A stretch of 64,000 nt of DNA from a virus: the IMG/VR virus record IMGVR_UViG_3300026484_000053, positions 32,001-96,000 of that record, one strand, 5' to 3'. Positions 44,011 to 53,752 of this stretch are shown in pieces. The notes below the pieces were generated by a model. That model saw nothing but the letters and a program-made list of their open reading frames with translations, made no database searches and had not been told where the DNA came from. Position numbers and translations under genes: made by a program. The stretch's first letter is position 1. Each line of letters opens with the position of its first letter.

Positions 44011-46700
44011 TGTATTTAACAATTTTTAACGCTATTAAAAGCACTAACAAAGCAAATAAAAAGCCTATATCTCAATATGATGACGAGTCATTTATTTTTT
44101 ATAATGTTTATTGCGCATCCTTAAGACAGTGTTTTAAGGTTCTATCTAACGAATACATCCTTAGCCAAACCATAAATATTGACGAACCTTTAAAACTGAC
44201 TAGAAGTGTAAAGGTTTTAAAAGAATTTAAAAGTGACAATTTAGAAATACTACCATTAGATTTAGATTACATTTATACGCAAGAGATGTGTTTAAAAGTT
44301 ATACAGTTTTTTAAAGATATGAACTTTAAATGTATATTAGGTAAAAGTAGAGGATTTAATAACAAAGATAAATTTACTCTTAAAGGATTTATCGTACTAG
44401 ACATTAAAAATGACAGAGCAGTAATATCAGGATTGCTAAATTACATCCAAACTTTAATGAATGAATATGGATTAGAAGGAGTTGAGTTAGACTGTGCTAT
44501 TAAAACAATAAATTCAGTGCAAAGCCCAGTCTTAAATAATGATGTTTTATATATTAATGAGTCAAGTAAAGCAAGAGTATTAAATAACACAGACTTTAAT
44601 ATTATAGAAGTGCAGTCTTATAACGATACGGTAGTTGATTTATCTAGCTTAAATACTAAAGAATCAGCATTAGACACTTGTTTAGAAATATTTGCACAAA
44701 AAGGATTTACAGCCGTATCGCAAAGAGAAGATACTAGCATTAATTTTAGTCATCCAAGTGAGAAGAAGTCTAAAGGTGGTTTCTTCTTCTTTAAAGAATC
44801 ACCAACTATAATGCACCATCCTAATAGTGCAAGGACTATTAATATAGCTCAAGAATTTAAACGTACCGCTATTGGTAAAGCATATTTTATTGAACGTGGA
44901 AAACTTATACAGAAGAATATGTTAGAAAAACCTGATTATGGTATATTCGTAAATGAAAGATACCTTAACGTAGAGCCTAAAATTAAAGAAATACAGGATT
45001 TTGTTCATAAAGATACAGAAGTTTTAAAGATAAAATCAGCTATGGGTACAGCTAAAACGAATATCATATCAGCAGTTATTAAAGAAGCTCAAATTAAAAA
45101 AGAAAAGTTAAGAGTTATTTTAGTGTCTAATAGAGTAAGTGTAGCAAGAGATTTTGCTGATAAGTATGAAGAATATAATATGTCATATTATAAAGAAGTC
45201 CAAAACAGTAAAACAGAGCCTTTTAATCTTATAGTACAGTTTGATAGCCTTTATAAATTTAAAGTGCATGAATATGATATTGTCATTTTTGACGAGTTTA
45301 TAAGTCTTTTATTGCATCATCAAAGTCCGTTAGGTACGAATGGTAATTTAAACGCTGCAAAATTCAGAGTTTTATTAAATAAGAAAATTCTATGTTGCGA
45401 TGCTTTTCTTACTGGATACGAAGACGTTTTCTTTAAAGACAGAAAAATAGTACAGTTTGCTAACAAATATCGTGACGATGTTAAACTTATAGAGTATAAA
45501 GATAAAGGTAGATTTTGTAAAGATATAATAAACAATTCACTTTCACTTAAAGAAGGCGAACATATTAGCGCATCTTTTACTTCTTTAAATATGCTGAAAG
45601 TTGTACAACAGGAGTTACTTTCAAAAGATATAAGGGTAATCAGTCTTACAGGAGAGACACCAGATACTACTAGAGAATTAATTTATAAAAGATTTAAAGA
45701 AGACAGCCACAACGCATTTCAGGTTATACTTTATACTCCTACACTTACAGTAGGAGTAAGTAATGTTAATAACGTATTACAGCACTACCATTATGACTCT
45801 AGTATGAGTTGTGACGTTATTAGTTCATTACAAATGATTAAAAGATCTAGAACAGCTAAAGAGATACGATTTTATTTAGAAGATAAAAAGGCAATTAACG
45901 AAACGTCGGCTGCTAAACTAAATGAGATAGCTAAAAACAATATTGTAGAGTTCTACAATAACAGTGATAAAACTCTTCTAGTAAAATTAAATGAAGATAC
46001 AGGAGAGGTTGAACTTACTAAATTAGCTTACTATCTTAACAATATTAATGCTTTTAGTAATCTATTAAGCAACGATCATGCTAATGCTTTTAAAGTTCTG
46101 CTGAAATACCAATTTAATGGCGGCTACGATTCTGCTGAAATTAATGAAGAAATTTATGAATTCGACTATAAATCAAAAATAAAAGAGATTAAAACTAAAG
46201 AAAAAGAAAACGCTGCTAATTTATTGGAAGAATATTCTTATTTTAATTATACTGAGCAAGATGTTAACGACGCTAAGTTTAGTACTATAGAACTTAAAGA
46301 CGAAGAAAAAGTTATGCTGATGAAAGATAATATCCAAAAGCTATTTAAGCACCAAATACCAAAACATATTTTAAATGAACTTGTTAAGATAGATCAAAAA
46401 GATAATATAGTTAGAAAGATTAAAAACTACCATTTGTTTAGTGGCGACAAAGATTATTTAATGTATAAGCTTAGTTTTACAGTAAGTAATAATCTTCATG
46501 TTAGTAAGCGATTCGTTAAAAATATTAAGATAGCTTGTGAAGTGAAAGAGTTAAAAGACGCTTACTCTAACAACGATATAAAACGTATAGAAAGTAACAT
46601 ACAAGGTTTTGGAGAATTTATAAAAGAAATAGGTTATGTTAAACAAAGAAACAAGTACAGATTAGATAAAAGAATACTAACATATCTAAAGTATCTATAG
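44010..46700 (+). CDS. Primase-like (AEP) plus UL9-type SF2 helicase, paralogue 1
   Basis: Probable start ATG 44010 (TAATG); ILPLDLD; SAMGTAKT, IFDEF, DAFL, YTPTLTVGVS, QMIKRSR. Confidence 0.75.
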   Translation: MYLTIFNAIKSTNKANKKPISQYDDESFIFYNVYCASLRQCFKVLSNEYILSQTINIDEPLKLTRSVKVLKEFKSDNLEILPLDLDYIYTQEMCLKVIQFFKDMNFKCILGKSRGFNNKDKFTLKGFIVLDIKNDRAVISGLLNYIQTLMNEYGLEGVELDCAIKTINSVQSPVLNNDVLYINESSKARVLNNTDFNIIEVQSYNDTVVDLSSLNTKESALDTCLEIFAQKGFTAVSQREDTSINFSHPSEKKSKGGFFFFKESPTIMHHPNSARTINIAQEFKRTAIGKAYFIERGKLIQKNMLEKPDYGIFVNERYLNVEPKIKEIQDFVHKDTEVLKIKSAMGTAKTNIISAVIKEAQIKKEKLRVILVSNRVSVARDFADKYEEYNMSYYKEVQNSKTEPFNLIVQFDSLYKFKVHEYDIVIFDEFISLLLHHQSPLGTNGNLNAAKFRVLLNKKILCCDAFLTGYEDVFFKDRKIVQFANKYRDDVKLIEYKDKGRFCKDIINNSLSLKEGEHISASFTSLNMLKVVQQELLSKDIRVISLTGETPDTTRELIYKRFKEDSHNAFQVILYTPTLTVGVSNVNNVLQHYHYDSSMSCDVISSLQMIKRSRTAKEIRFYLEDKKAINETSAAKLNEIAKNNIVEFYNNSDKTLLVKLNEDTGEVELTKLAYYLNNINAFSNLLSNDHANAFKVLLKYQFNGGYDSAEINEEIYEFDYKSKIKEIKTKEKENAANLLEEYSYFNYTEQDVNDAKFSTIELKDEEKVMLMKDNIQKLFKHQIPKHILNELVKIDQKDNIVRKIKNYHLFSGDKDYLMYKLSFTVSNNLHVSKRFVKNIKIACEVKELKDAYSNNDIKRIESNIQGFGEFIKEIGYVKQRNKYRLDKRILTYLKYL

Positions 46701-46737
46701 GGTCTATATCGTCTCTTATCTTCGTTTAAGCTTTTAT

Positions 46738-46745
46738 TATAAATA
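46738..46745 (+). promoter_or_regulatory. Late-type promoter TATAAATA
   Basis: Upstream of helicase paralogue 2. Confidence 0.5.
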
Positions 46746-46781
46746 TTTTTATAACATCACATAACACTATAAAGGCATATA

Positions 46782-49403
46782 ATGCATGAACATAAAACTA
46801 AAATAACTTTATTTGACGGTCAAGGAGATACTAAAATTCCTTTTTCTACAAGAGAAGATGGATCTTTTATTTTTGCCACTCTAGAATTAAGTTACACTGA
46901 AATAGTAAAAGTTAAGCAAGATTCTTATTCCCTAGCTTATTCATATAATATACAAGAACCAATATTAACTCACAGAGCAAAATTATCAAACGTAGCGCCT
47001 ATAAATGATGGAGATATTGTAGATTCAATTACGTTTAATATTAAAGTCGAAGATATTAATATAGAAGACGCTATAAATGTACTTAGAAACACACAATATG
47101 ATATGATAGCACTAAAATCAAAGCAAGGATTAACTTGCATATTAAAAGTACAAATGGAACTAAAATATATTTACTACAGCATGATGGAACTTCAAAAATT
47201 ATTAGGTTCTCAATGTAGCATTAAAGTACCTAACATTTACGACATCGAGAAACCGTTTGAAAACCTTGAGGTACTTTACGAAAGAAACACTAATAAAGCT
47301 TTACATAATATAATGATAGAGAAAGAACTTGAAAACACATCTTCTATGACATTTATAGAGATATGTTTATCAGAATTTGAAAATATGGGATACGAACAAA
47401 CTAGCATAAAATCACTTAAAGGTAAACCAGGAGTGTTCTTATTTACTAAAGACCAGGATAAATTTCATTTTAACGAAGAATATCCCATTAAAATGCAAGG
47501 TATTTACGGTGCAAAATCTGAGTCAATATTTTATCTTATAAACAAAACAAAGCAAGGTAAAGAGTGGCTTCAAAACAGAAATAAAAAAGAACAGATAAAC
47601 GCTTTAGAAAATAAAAAATCTAAGAAAAGCAAAAATAATATCATAATAAACGAGAGATATCTTAAGGCTGAAGATTTAAAAGCAGTTACAAATAAATTCA
47701 TTCAAACTAAGGACTGCGTTTTAAAGATAAAATCAGCTATGGGTACAGCAAAAAGTGACGTTATTTATGATATTATAAAGCAAGCACATGAAGATGGCAT
47801 GAAGATTATAGTTGTTTCAAACAGAATATCAGTAGCGAAAGATTTTGCAGAAAAGTACAATATGGATATCTATCAAAATATGTACAACAGTTCTAATTCG
47901 ATAGTAGTACAGTTTGATAGTTTACACCGTTATAATCCAGCTGATTATGACTTAGTAGTATTTGATGAGTTTATGAGCTTATTGCTGCACCATAGAACTT
48001 CTTTAGGTACAAACAGTAACATTAACGCTATTAAATTTAAAATCCTACTCCAAAAAAGAGTAATACTTGCTGATGCCTTTCTTACTGGATACGAAGACGA
48101 GTTTATAAAAGATCGTAAAATTATACAGATAGAAAATACTTATAGAGATTGTACTGATCTTTTTAACTACTCTAATAAAGAGCACTTTATACAAACTTTA
48201 ATAGACGAGTCTCAAAAGTTAAAAGATGAAGAGCATATAAGTGCGTCGTTTACTTCATTAGCAGCATTAAAATTGGTATACTACTCTCTTAAAAAGAAAG
48301 GTGTAAAGGTAGTTAAACTAACAAGTGAAACGTCTGAAGATACAAGGCAGTTAATTTATAAAAGATTTAAGGAGCAAACGCATATTGCATTTCAGGTTAT
48401 ACTTTATACTCCTACACTTACAGTAGGAGTAAGTAATGTTAATAACGTCACTAAACATTTTCATTATGACTCTAGTATGAGTTGCGACGTTATTAGTTCA
48501 TTACAGATGATTAAAAGATCTAGAACAGCTAAAGAGATACATTTCTTTTTGCAGAATAGACAACTTCATAAAGACATCGATCTTGAAAGTATAAACAGAA
48601 GAGCTGAGCATAATGCTGTAAAATACTACGCTAATAAAGATAAAGCATTACTTTTAGATGTAGATTATGAAACAGGTGAGATGAAGCTTACACCTTTAGC
48701 GCATTATATTAACAAGATAGAAGTGTTTAACAATATCCTTATGAACAATCACAAGAATGCATTTTTAGTACTTCTATCTTACCAGTTTAATTCAGCACCT
48801 ATAGAAGTTAAAGGTAAAGTATCTTGGAAAATGAGAGATCTTACTAGACAAATAAAAGAAAAAGAATTACAAGACGCTTTAAGTGTTTTCGATAAATTTA
48901 AAGACGTTAAATTAAGTGATAAAGAAGTTAAAAGACTAAGATTTAAAACGTCAGAGTTATCAGATGAAGAAAAAGTAGCACAAATAAAACATGATATTCA
49001 ATCTATGTATAGCAAAGAAATTCCTCAAAAATCGCTAGACGAATTAACGCGTTTAGAAATAGAACAGAACTTTAAGTTTACTGATAAAGTTAAATTAAAT
49101 AAGATATTTCAAAACGAAGACGACAGTTATGCAAAATACGAATTATCTGAAGCTATAAGTAATAATATAGGAATGTTGCAAGATAATAATAAAGAGACAA
49201 TAAACTTTTTAAAATATCTTATTATTAACGATAACGCAGCATTAAAAGGATCTTATACTTTAGATGACATAAAAAGAATTGATTTCGAAAGAGGTAAAGG
49301 TTCTAAACTTGCTAATTTCTTAAAAAGCTTAGGATATACGTACAGCGCTGGTAAATGGGAAGTAGACCTAAGAGTTCTTGGTTATATTAAGTACCTTGAT
49401 TAA
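46782..49403 (+). CDS. UL9-type SF2 helicase, paralogue 2 (degenerate primase-like N-terminus)
   Basis: SAMGTAKS, VFDEF, DAFL, YTPTLTVGVS, QMIKRSR; collinear with paralogue 1. Confidence 0.75.
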   Translation: MHEHKTKITLFDGQGDTKIPFSTREDGSFIFATLELSYTEIVKVKQDSYSLAYSYNIQEPILTHRAKLSNVAPINDGDIVDSITFNIKVEDINIEDAINVLRNTQYDMIALKSKQGLTCILKVQMELKYIYYSMMELQKLLGSQCSIKVPNIYDIEKPFENLEVLYERNTNKALHNIMIEKELENTSSMTFIEICLSEFENMGYEQTSIKSLKGKPGVFLFTKDQDKFHFNEEYPIKMQGIYGAKSESIFYLINKTKQGKEWLQNRNKKEQINALENKKSKKSKNNIIINERYLKAEDLKAVTNKFIQTKDCVLKIKSAMGTAKSDVIYDIIKQAHEDGMKIIVVSNRISVAKDFAEKYNMDIYQNMYNSSNSIVVQFDSLHRYNPADYDLVVFDEFMSLLLHHRTSLGTNSNINAIKFKILLQKRVILADAFLTGYEDEFIKDRKIIQIENTYRDCTDLFNYSNKEHFIQTLIDESQKLKDEEHISASFTSLAALKLVYYSLKKKGVKVVKLTSETSEDTRQLIYKRFKEQTHIAFQVILYTPTLTVGVSNVNNVTKHFHYDSSMSCDVISSLQMIKRSRTAKEIHFFLQNRQLHKDIDLESINRRAEHNAVKYYANKDKALLLDVDYETGEMKLTPLAHYINKIEVFNNILMNNHKNAFLVLLSYQFNSAPIEVKGKVSWKMRDLTRQIKEKELQDALSVFDKFKDVKLSDKEVKRLRFKTSELSDEEKVAQIKHDIQSMYSKEIPQKSLDELTRLEIEQNFKFTDKVKLNKIFQNEDDSYAKYELSEAISNNIGMLQDNNKETINFLKYLIINDNAALKGSYTLDDIKRIDFERGKGSKLANFLKSLGYTYSAGKWEVDLRVLGYIKYLD

Positions 49404-49413
49404 GTACCTTGAT

Positions 49414-49421
49414 TATAAATA
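49414..49421 (+). promoter_or_regulatory. Late promoter TATAAATA
   Basis: Upstream of gp3. Confidence 0.62.
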
Positions 49422-49443
49422 ATTATAAAATAGGAAAGTAAAA

Positions 49444-49911
49444 ATGAGAAACTTAAGAAACTTCAGTACTACTAGTAACTACCAATTTGGTACGTCTTTA
49501 TTCGGTACAGAGACAACATACGCTATACAATCTGTTAACTTACCAGGTATATCATTTACTCATCCTGAAGTTTCTTCTGGTTCAGTACTTGGCCATATAC
49601 AAGGCGATACAGCACAGTACAATGAACTTGAGTTAAATTTTATTATAGACGAAAACCTGGAAGTATGGAAAGAGATTATTAATGGAATGATTAAGATGAG
49701 AAATACAGAAGGTCTTGGTCAGCAAGTGAATTGCAATTCATTTCTTAAAATATTAGATTCTAATAATAAGGAAATTCTTCACTTAGACTTCACAAACACA
49801 TTAATAAGCGTTATTAGCGACGTAGAATATTCTAGTACAGAAGAAGATGAAATAATAACTCTTCCTGTTACTATAACTTATGACTACTACAATATCAAGA
49901 ACACTAAGTAA
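49444..49911 (+). CDS. gp3: Tail tube terminator / completion protein
   Basis: QSVNLPGISF, GD..QYNEL.L.FIIDENL..W.EI, F......SD..Y. Confidence 0.75.
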   Translation: MRNLRNFSTTSNYQFGTSLFGTETTYAIQSVNLPGISFTHPEVSSGSVLGHIQGDTAQYNELELNFIIDENLEVWKEIINGMIKMRNTEGLGQQVNCNSFLKILDSNNKEILHLDFTNTLISVISDVEYSSTEEDEIITLPVTITYDYYNIKNTK

Positions 49912-49916
49912 CTTTA

Positions 49917-50543
49917 ATGCTTAGAAGACAACTACCACTACAACCAGACGGTTCAGTAAATAGATTCGACCTGCCAGAAGATTATACTGGTGGTGACGTT
50001 ACGATATTTGTTAATGGACAATTATTAGCTACAAGAGATATAGAAGATCACGTATACGGATTTGAAGTTAAACTAGATGACGAAGATAATGTTTATTTCC
50101 TAGAATTCTACACTGTACTTGAAGATGAAGAGCATCTATACGTTCTTTATGATGGTGAAGGTGACGGAAATTTCGCTGGAGAAGGTACAATCAGTGTTGA
50201 AGCAAATGTATGGCAACTTATAGCTCTTCCATTAGAAAACCAAGTATGGCTTGATGGTAAGATGCAGAAAAGTGATGAGCAAAGTACTATTAAGAATTGC
50301 GTCGTAGATCAACTAGAAGATGTATACGATAGACCAGCTGAAGAATTATTTAAAGTGGCTAATTGTGCTATAGGTGATGAGGGTGGACAATTAAGAAATT
50401 ATATACCTGGATTTACTAAAGATACTTCTGTACATAATTTCCCATTAGTATATATTGACGATAACGGTGATACAACTAGTAAGGAAATAGTAGGTTTTTG
50501 GATTAGATCCTTAGAAGAGTTTATTATAACTTGGAAAGTGTAA
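49917..50543 (+). CDS. Hypothetical acidic virion protein
   Basis: 208 aa in late operon. Confidence 0.65.
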   Translation: MLRRQLPLQPDGSVNRFDLPEDYTGGDVTIFVNGQLLATRDIEDHVYGFEVKLDDEDNVYFLEFYTVLEDEEHLYVLYDGEGDGNFAGEGTISVEANVWQLIALPLENQVWLDGKMQKSDEQSTIKNCVVDQLEDVYDRPAEELFKVANCAIGDEGGQLRNYIPGFTKDTSVHNFPLVYIDDNGDTTSKEIVGFWIRSLEEFIITWKV

Positions 50544-50555
50544 CGCACTAGTACG

Positions 50556-50774
50556 TTATAACTTAACGTATATAACTACAAAATTATCCGTACTCCAATC
50601 AACACCTGAATCATCTATTATGGATATACTGTTATCCGTTATATCTAACTCATCTTGCATTAATGCAATCATTCCATTTAGTACTACGTCAACTTGTTCA
50701 GACGTGTCGATGTTTTCTTTAACAGTAATTGTCTTATTATCTTGATCTATACTTGGATTTTTATCTATTATCAT
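50556..50774 (-). CDS. Hypothetical protein
   Basis: 72 aa, last gene of the neck operon. Confidence 0.55.
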   Translation of the reverse strand: MIIDKNPSIDQDNKTITVKENIDTSEQVDVVLNGMIALMQDELDITDNSISIIDDSGVDWSTDNFVVIYVKL

Positions 50775-50786
50775 AACTACCTACAA

Positions 50787-51503
50787 CTACTTAACGTGTA
50801 TACCAAAAGGTTCTACGTTATTTTCTAATTCTTCATCAGTCTTCTCGATTATTGCTTCACCTTTAGCTTGCATATCACCGTAAGATATTTCTGATCCAGA
50901 TACAAGACTAGTACTATACTTACCAGTAACAGTAGCCCATTTAAAGAAAGCCTCTCCGATTGCTCTTTGTTTTATCCATACATTGTTATATATTAGATCT
51001 TCTTCTTGAGGCTCGTACTCTTTCGCTACTTCTAAAAGGATAGCACTATGTGTAGGTGTTTCTAACATAGTAAGTATTTTACTATTTGAGTTGAAGTCGT
51101 AATTAAGTTTCTTGTTAAATGTACTTTTAATGTTACTAAATTTAGCTAGCGTAGAACTCATACCTGCCATGTCAAAACTAGATGTAGTATCAAACATTAT
51201 TGATTTAGTATCAAGTACCATACCTTGAGGTATCTGCGCAAATAAAGAGCTTATAGCACTTGAACTTATACCAGTTATTTCCATTATATTATCTGGAAGT
51301 TTGTAAGTATATACGTTATTTTCTAACGTAACTATATGAGATCCTATAATTCTTCCATCGTAATGCCATTCTGAATACCTTTGTATTGTATCGTCTATGC
51401 AATCTGATAATTGCTCTTCTGTAAGTTCTACTCTTAGTGTAGGTGCACCTAAAGATCTTTTAATATACTCTATAAGCTTTTCTTTTGTGTTTATTCTAGC
51501 CAT
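50787..51503 (-). CDS. gp13: Neck protein
   Basis: KEKLIEYIKRSLGAP...VELTEEQ..DCIDD..Q.Y.E.HYDG; WIKQRA; W.....KYS. Confidence 0.88.
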   Translation of the reverse strand: MARINTKEKLIEYIKRSLGAPTLRVELTEEQLSDCIDDTIQRYSEWHYDGRIIGSHIVTLENNVYTYKLPDNIMEITGISSSAISSLFAQIPQGMVLDTKSIMFDTTSSFDMAGMSSTLAKFSNIKSTFNKKLNYDFNSNSKILTMLETPTHSAILLEVAKEYEPQEEDLIYNNVWIKQRAIGEAFFKWATVTGKYSTSLVSGSEISYGDMQAKGEAIIEKTDEELENNVEPFGIHVK

Positions 51504-52260
51504 CTATATCTCCATTAGTTATTGTTGTACCGTTTTCATTAGCTTTTATAACACTCTCAAGTTCATTACCTGGAGTATCTAACGTCTCATCAAGTCCGTA
51601 ATCAGCACCTGTATTTGTACTATTTAACTTTATCTCAACTTCTTTAATTATAGATGAACTTCTAGTAGGTGGATATAAGTTACCTTGTAATGTAACTTCT
51701 ATACTTGCTGTTATTATTCTTACTTGAGCATCATCAAGATCTTCAGGTATTTCGATATCAGGATCTGATATCTTTACAATAACTGTAGTAGGTTCAAGAA
51801 GTTCATCTATTTCATTAATCTTTAATACTACACTTGGGTTAAATGAAGTAACTATTTGTTCTATTATTATAAGGCAATCTGTAAGTGATTTTGTAGCAAT
51901 ATTTAAACTGAAAGTAAAATCATAAGCACTAGCGTTATAATAAAAATCTACAAGTTCGTTAGATTTGTTATTTTTAACTACTCTAGATAATTTATTAGTA
52001 TTTCTTTCAGGAGCTTTACTCATAGACTCTAAACTAAGAGACATTCTAGGCATAATATTTGCTCTAACATTACCACTAAGAAGTGACTTCATATCGTTTT
52101 CTGAAATAGTATAGTTGTTTTCTCTAGTTCCGAATTTAATAGGCACCACGAGATCTTTAATTCTGTCGCCGTTCTCATATCTAGGAACAGAGATGTCGTT
52201 AAAAAGATCTAGAAGAGCTACTGTATAATTCTTAATACTTGAATGATAGTAGTATTCCAT
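51496..52260 (-). CDS. gp15: Tail sheath stabiliser / completion protein
   Basis: YYYHSSIKNY.VA..DLFNDI, VPIKFG, MPRMS, Y...F.L.I..K, QIEQI...FNP. Confidence 0.88.
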   Translation of the reverse strand: MEYYYHSSIKNYTVALLDLFNDISVPRYENGDRIKDLVVPIKFGTRENNYTISENDMKSLLSGNVRANIMPRMSLSLESMSKAPERNTNKLSRVVKNNKSNELVDFYYNASAYDFTFSLNIATKSLTDCLIIIEQIVTSFNPSVVLKINEIDELLEPTTVIVKISDPDIEIPEDLDDAQVRIITASIEVTLQGNLYPPTRSSSIIKEVEIKLNSTNTGADYGLDETLDTPGNELESVIKANENGTTITNGDIDG

Positions 52261-52278
52261 GTATTTTCCTTACATTTG

Positions 52279-52300
52279 TATAACGACTAAAGTCGTTATA
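52279..52300. terminator. Intergenic hairpin between gp19 and gp15
   Basis: TATAACGACT-AA-AGTCGTTATA perfect inverted repeat. Confidence 0.4.
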
Positions 52301-52301
52301 T

Positions 52302-52814
52302 CTATGATTTTACCCAATGAGAATATGCAAAAGTTACCTCTTGTTCAGTGATTTCATCAACGCTTGATGTGTCTAATGCTACTTCTGCAAGTTCAGTAGG
52401 GAATGCATTTTTGAAAGTATATACTTCAATTACTTCATTAGATGAAGTATCTAAAGGTTTAATTTCTAAGAATGACATATAGTCGTCATTCTGAGTAACA
52501 CTTCTTTCTCCAGTTTGTACTGAATCAATAATGTCCATCCAATCGATAATTACAGATCTAATATTTAAATTAGGTGTATTCCAGAAAGTCATGCTGTAAG
52601 TACCCTCAAATTGTGCTTCTCCAGCTAATGTCATTTTATGACCTTGGCTATGTACTTCTACTGATCCAATTGTTTTACTTGGTAGTGAAGCCACTTTACA
52701 AAGTGCTGATATAACATTACCATCAAGAGATGCTCCTTTAGGTGCAAATGATGCAACAAATTTATTTCCTCTATAACCTAAACCTAGGTTCTGTTTTAAT
52801 ACGTCTAAACTCAT
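52302..52814 (-). CDS. gp19: Tail tube protein
   Basis: RGNKF, CKVASLPSKTIG, LAGE..F...MTFWN, F.NAFP..L....L, VTFAYSHW. Confidence 0.85.
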   Translation of the reverse strand: MSLDVLKQNLGLGYRGNKFVASFAPKGASLDGNVISALCKVASLPSKTIGSVEVHSQGHKMTLAGEAQFEGTYSMTFWNTPNLNIRSVIIDWMDIIDSVQTGERSVTQNDDYMSFLEIKPLDTSSNEVIEVYTFKNAFPTELAEVALDTSSVDEITEQEVTFAYSHWVKS

Positions 52815-52836
52815 AGTTTAACTCCTGTTTTAGTTG

Positions 52837-52844
52837 TATTTATA
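52837..52844 (-). promoter_or_regulatory. Late promoter TATAAATA
   Basis: Upstream of gp19. Confidence 0.62.
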
Positions 52845-53307
52845 TACCTAACTCTTTTTCAGTAATTATAATAAAAGTAGCACCCATTGAAATTGCAAAT
52901 AATTTAGCTGCTTCCCATTTAGCTTGGTTTATAACGTATGTTTGTAAGGATTTTTGATAATTAAGATTAGATTTAGGAGTATCTTTTTTAGGCTTTTTAG
53001 GTGGATTACATTCTGTGCTTGGCTTTACTTCTACAAGAAATATCCTACCGTCTTCCATCTGTATAGTATAATCGATATAATACCTGTGCTTTTTACCGTC
53101 AACAGGACTTATATACGGTACAATCGTTCCTTCTGAATTTGCTTTTACTATATACGGATTATGAGAGCAAAATACGCAAAATTTATGTTCCCAAGAAGAC
53201 CTATATTTTATACCTGGTTCTTTCATATCAAAAGCCTCTGTTATAATCCACTTATCTTTTGCACTTTCAGGTGGAATATATATTCCTTGCTTGTATTTTC
53301 TGCCCAT
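52840..53307 (-). CDS. gp4: Head completion nuclease
   Basis: YKQG.Y.P, YRSSWE, SE...PY.SPVDGK.HRYY.D, VEVKP, NQAKWEAA. Confidence 0.92.
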   Translation of the reverse strand: MGRKYKQGIYIPPESAKDKWIITEAFDMKEPGIKYRSSWEHKFCVFCSHNPYIVKANSEGTIVPYISPVDGKKHRYYIDYTIQMEDGRIFLVEVKPSTECNPPKKPKKDTPKSNLNYQKSLQTYVINQAKWEAAKLFAISMGATFIIITEKELGI

Positions 53308-53654
53308 TATTCTATCTCTATTGTCGCTTTGTCATATTTGAATAGCTGTTCTATTTCTTCTACTTCAGGTACGTCTTTATTAAGAGATTCGTTCCTTTTT
53401 AAAATTGTTTCTGATTCGTCTTTTATGAAAGACTGTATAGCACTATTTTTACTGATGCTTAGTTTATTAAATACAAGAGTTTTATCACTTAAGTGCGTAT
53501 CGTTTATTTCTCCAGCTATAATAAAATAATCTGAATAACATTGCACATATAAATCGTCACTATACAATTCGTCTTTCTTAAATATTTTAGATTTACCTTG
53601 CAATCTAAGAGTTATACCTTCATTATAAGCGTCTTTTAATTTGAACTTTTTCAT
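53307..53654 (-). CDS. Hypothetical protein
   Basis: 115 aa coupled to gp4. Confidence 0.6.
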   Translation of the reverse strand: MKKFKLKDAYNEGITLRLQGKSKIFKKDELYSDDLYVQCYSDYFIIAGEINDTHLSDKTLVFNKLSISKNSAIQSFIKDESETILKRNESLNKDVPEVEEIEQLFKYDKATIEIE

Positions 53655-53694
53655 TACTAACCTTTATATGCTATTAATAGCATTTATCTGTAAA

Positions 53695-53716
53695 TATTTA
53701 TAAATATTTATAAATA
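53695..53716. promoter_or_regulatory. Overlapping bidirectional late promoters
   Basis: TATTTATAAATATTTATAAATA holds two TATAAATA per strand between divergent operons. Confidence 0.7.
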
Positions 53717-53752
53717 CAACTAAATACGTTAAACGTATCTAAAGGAAATAAA

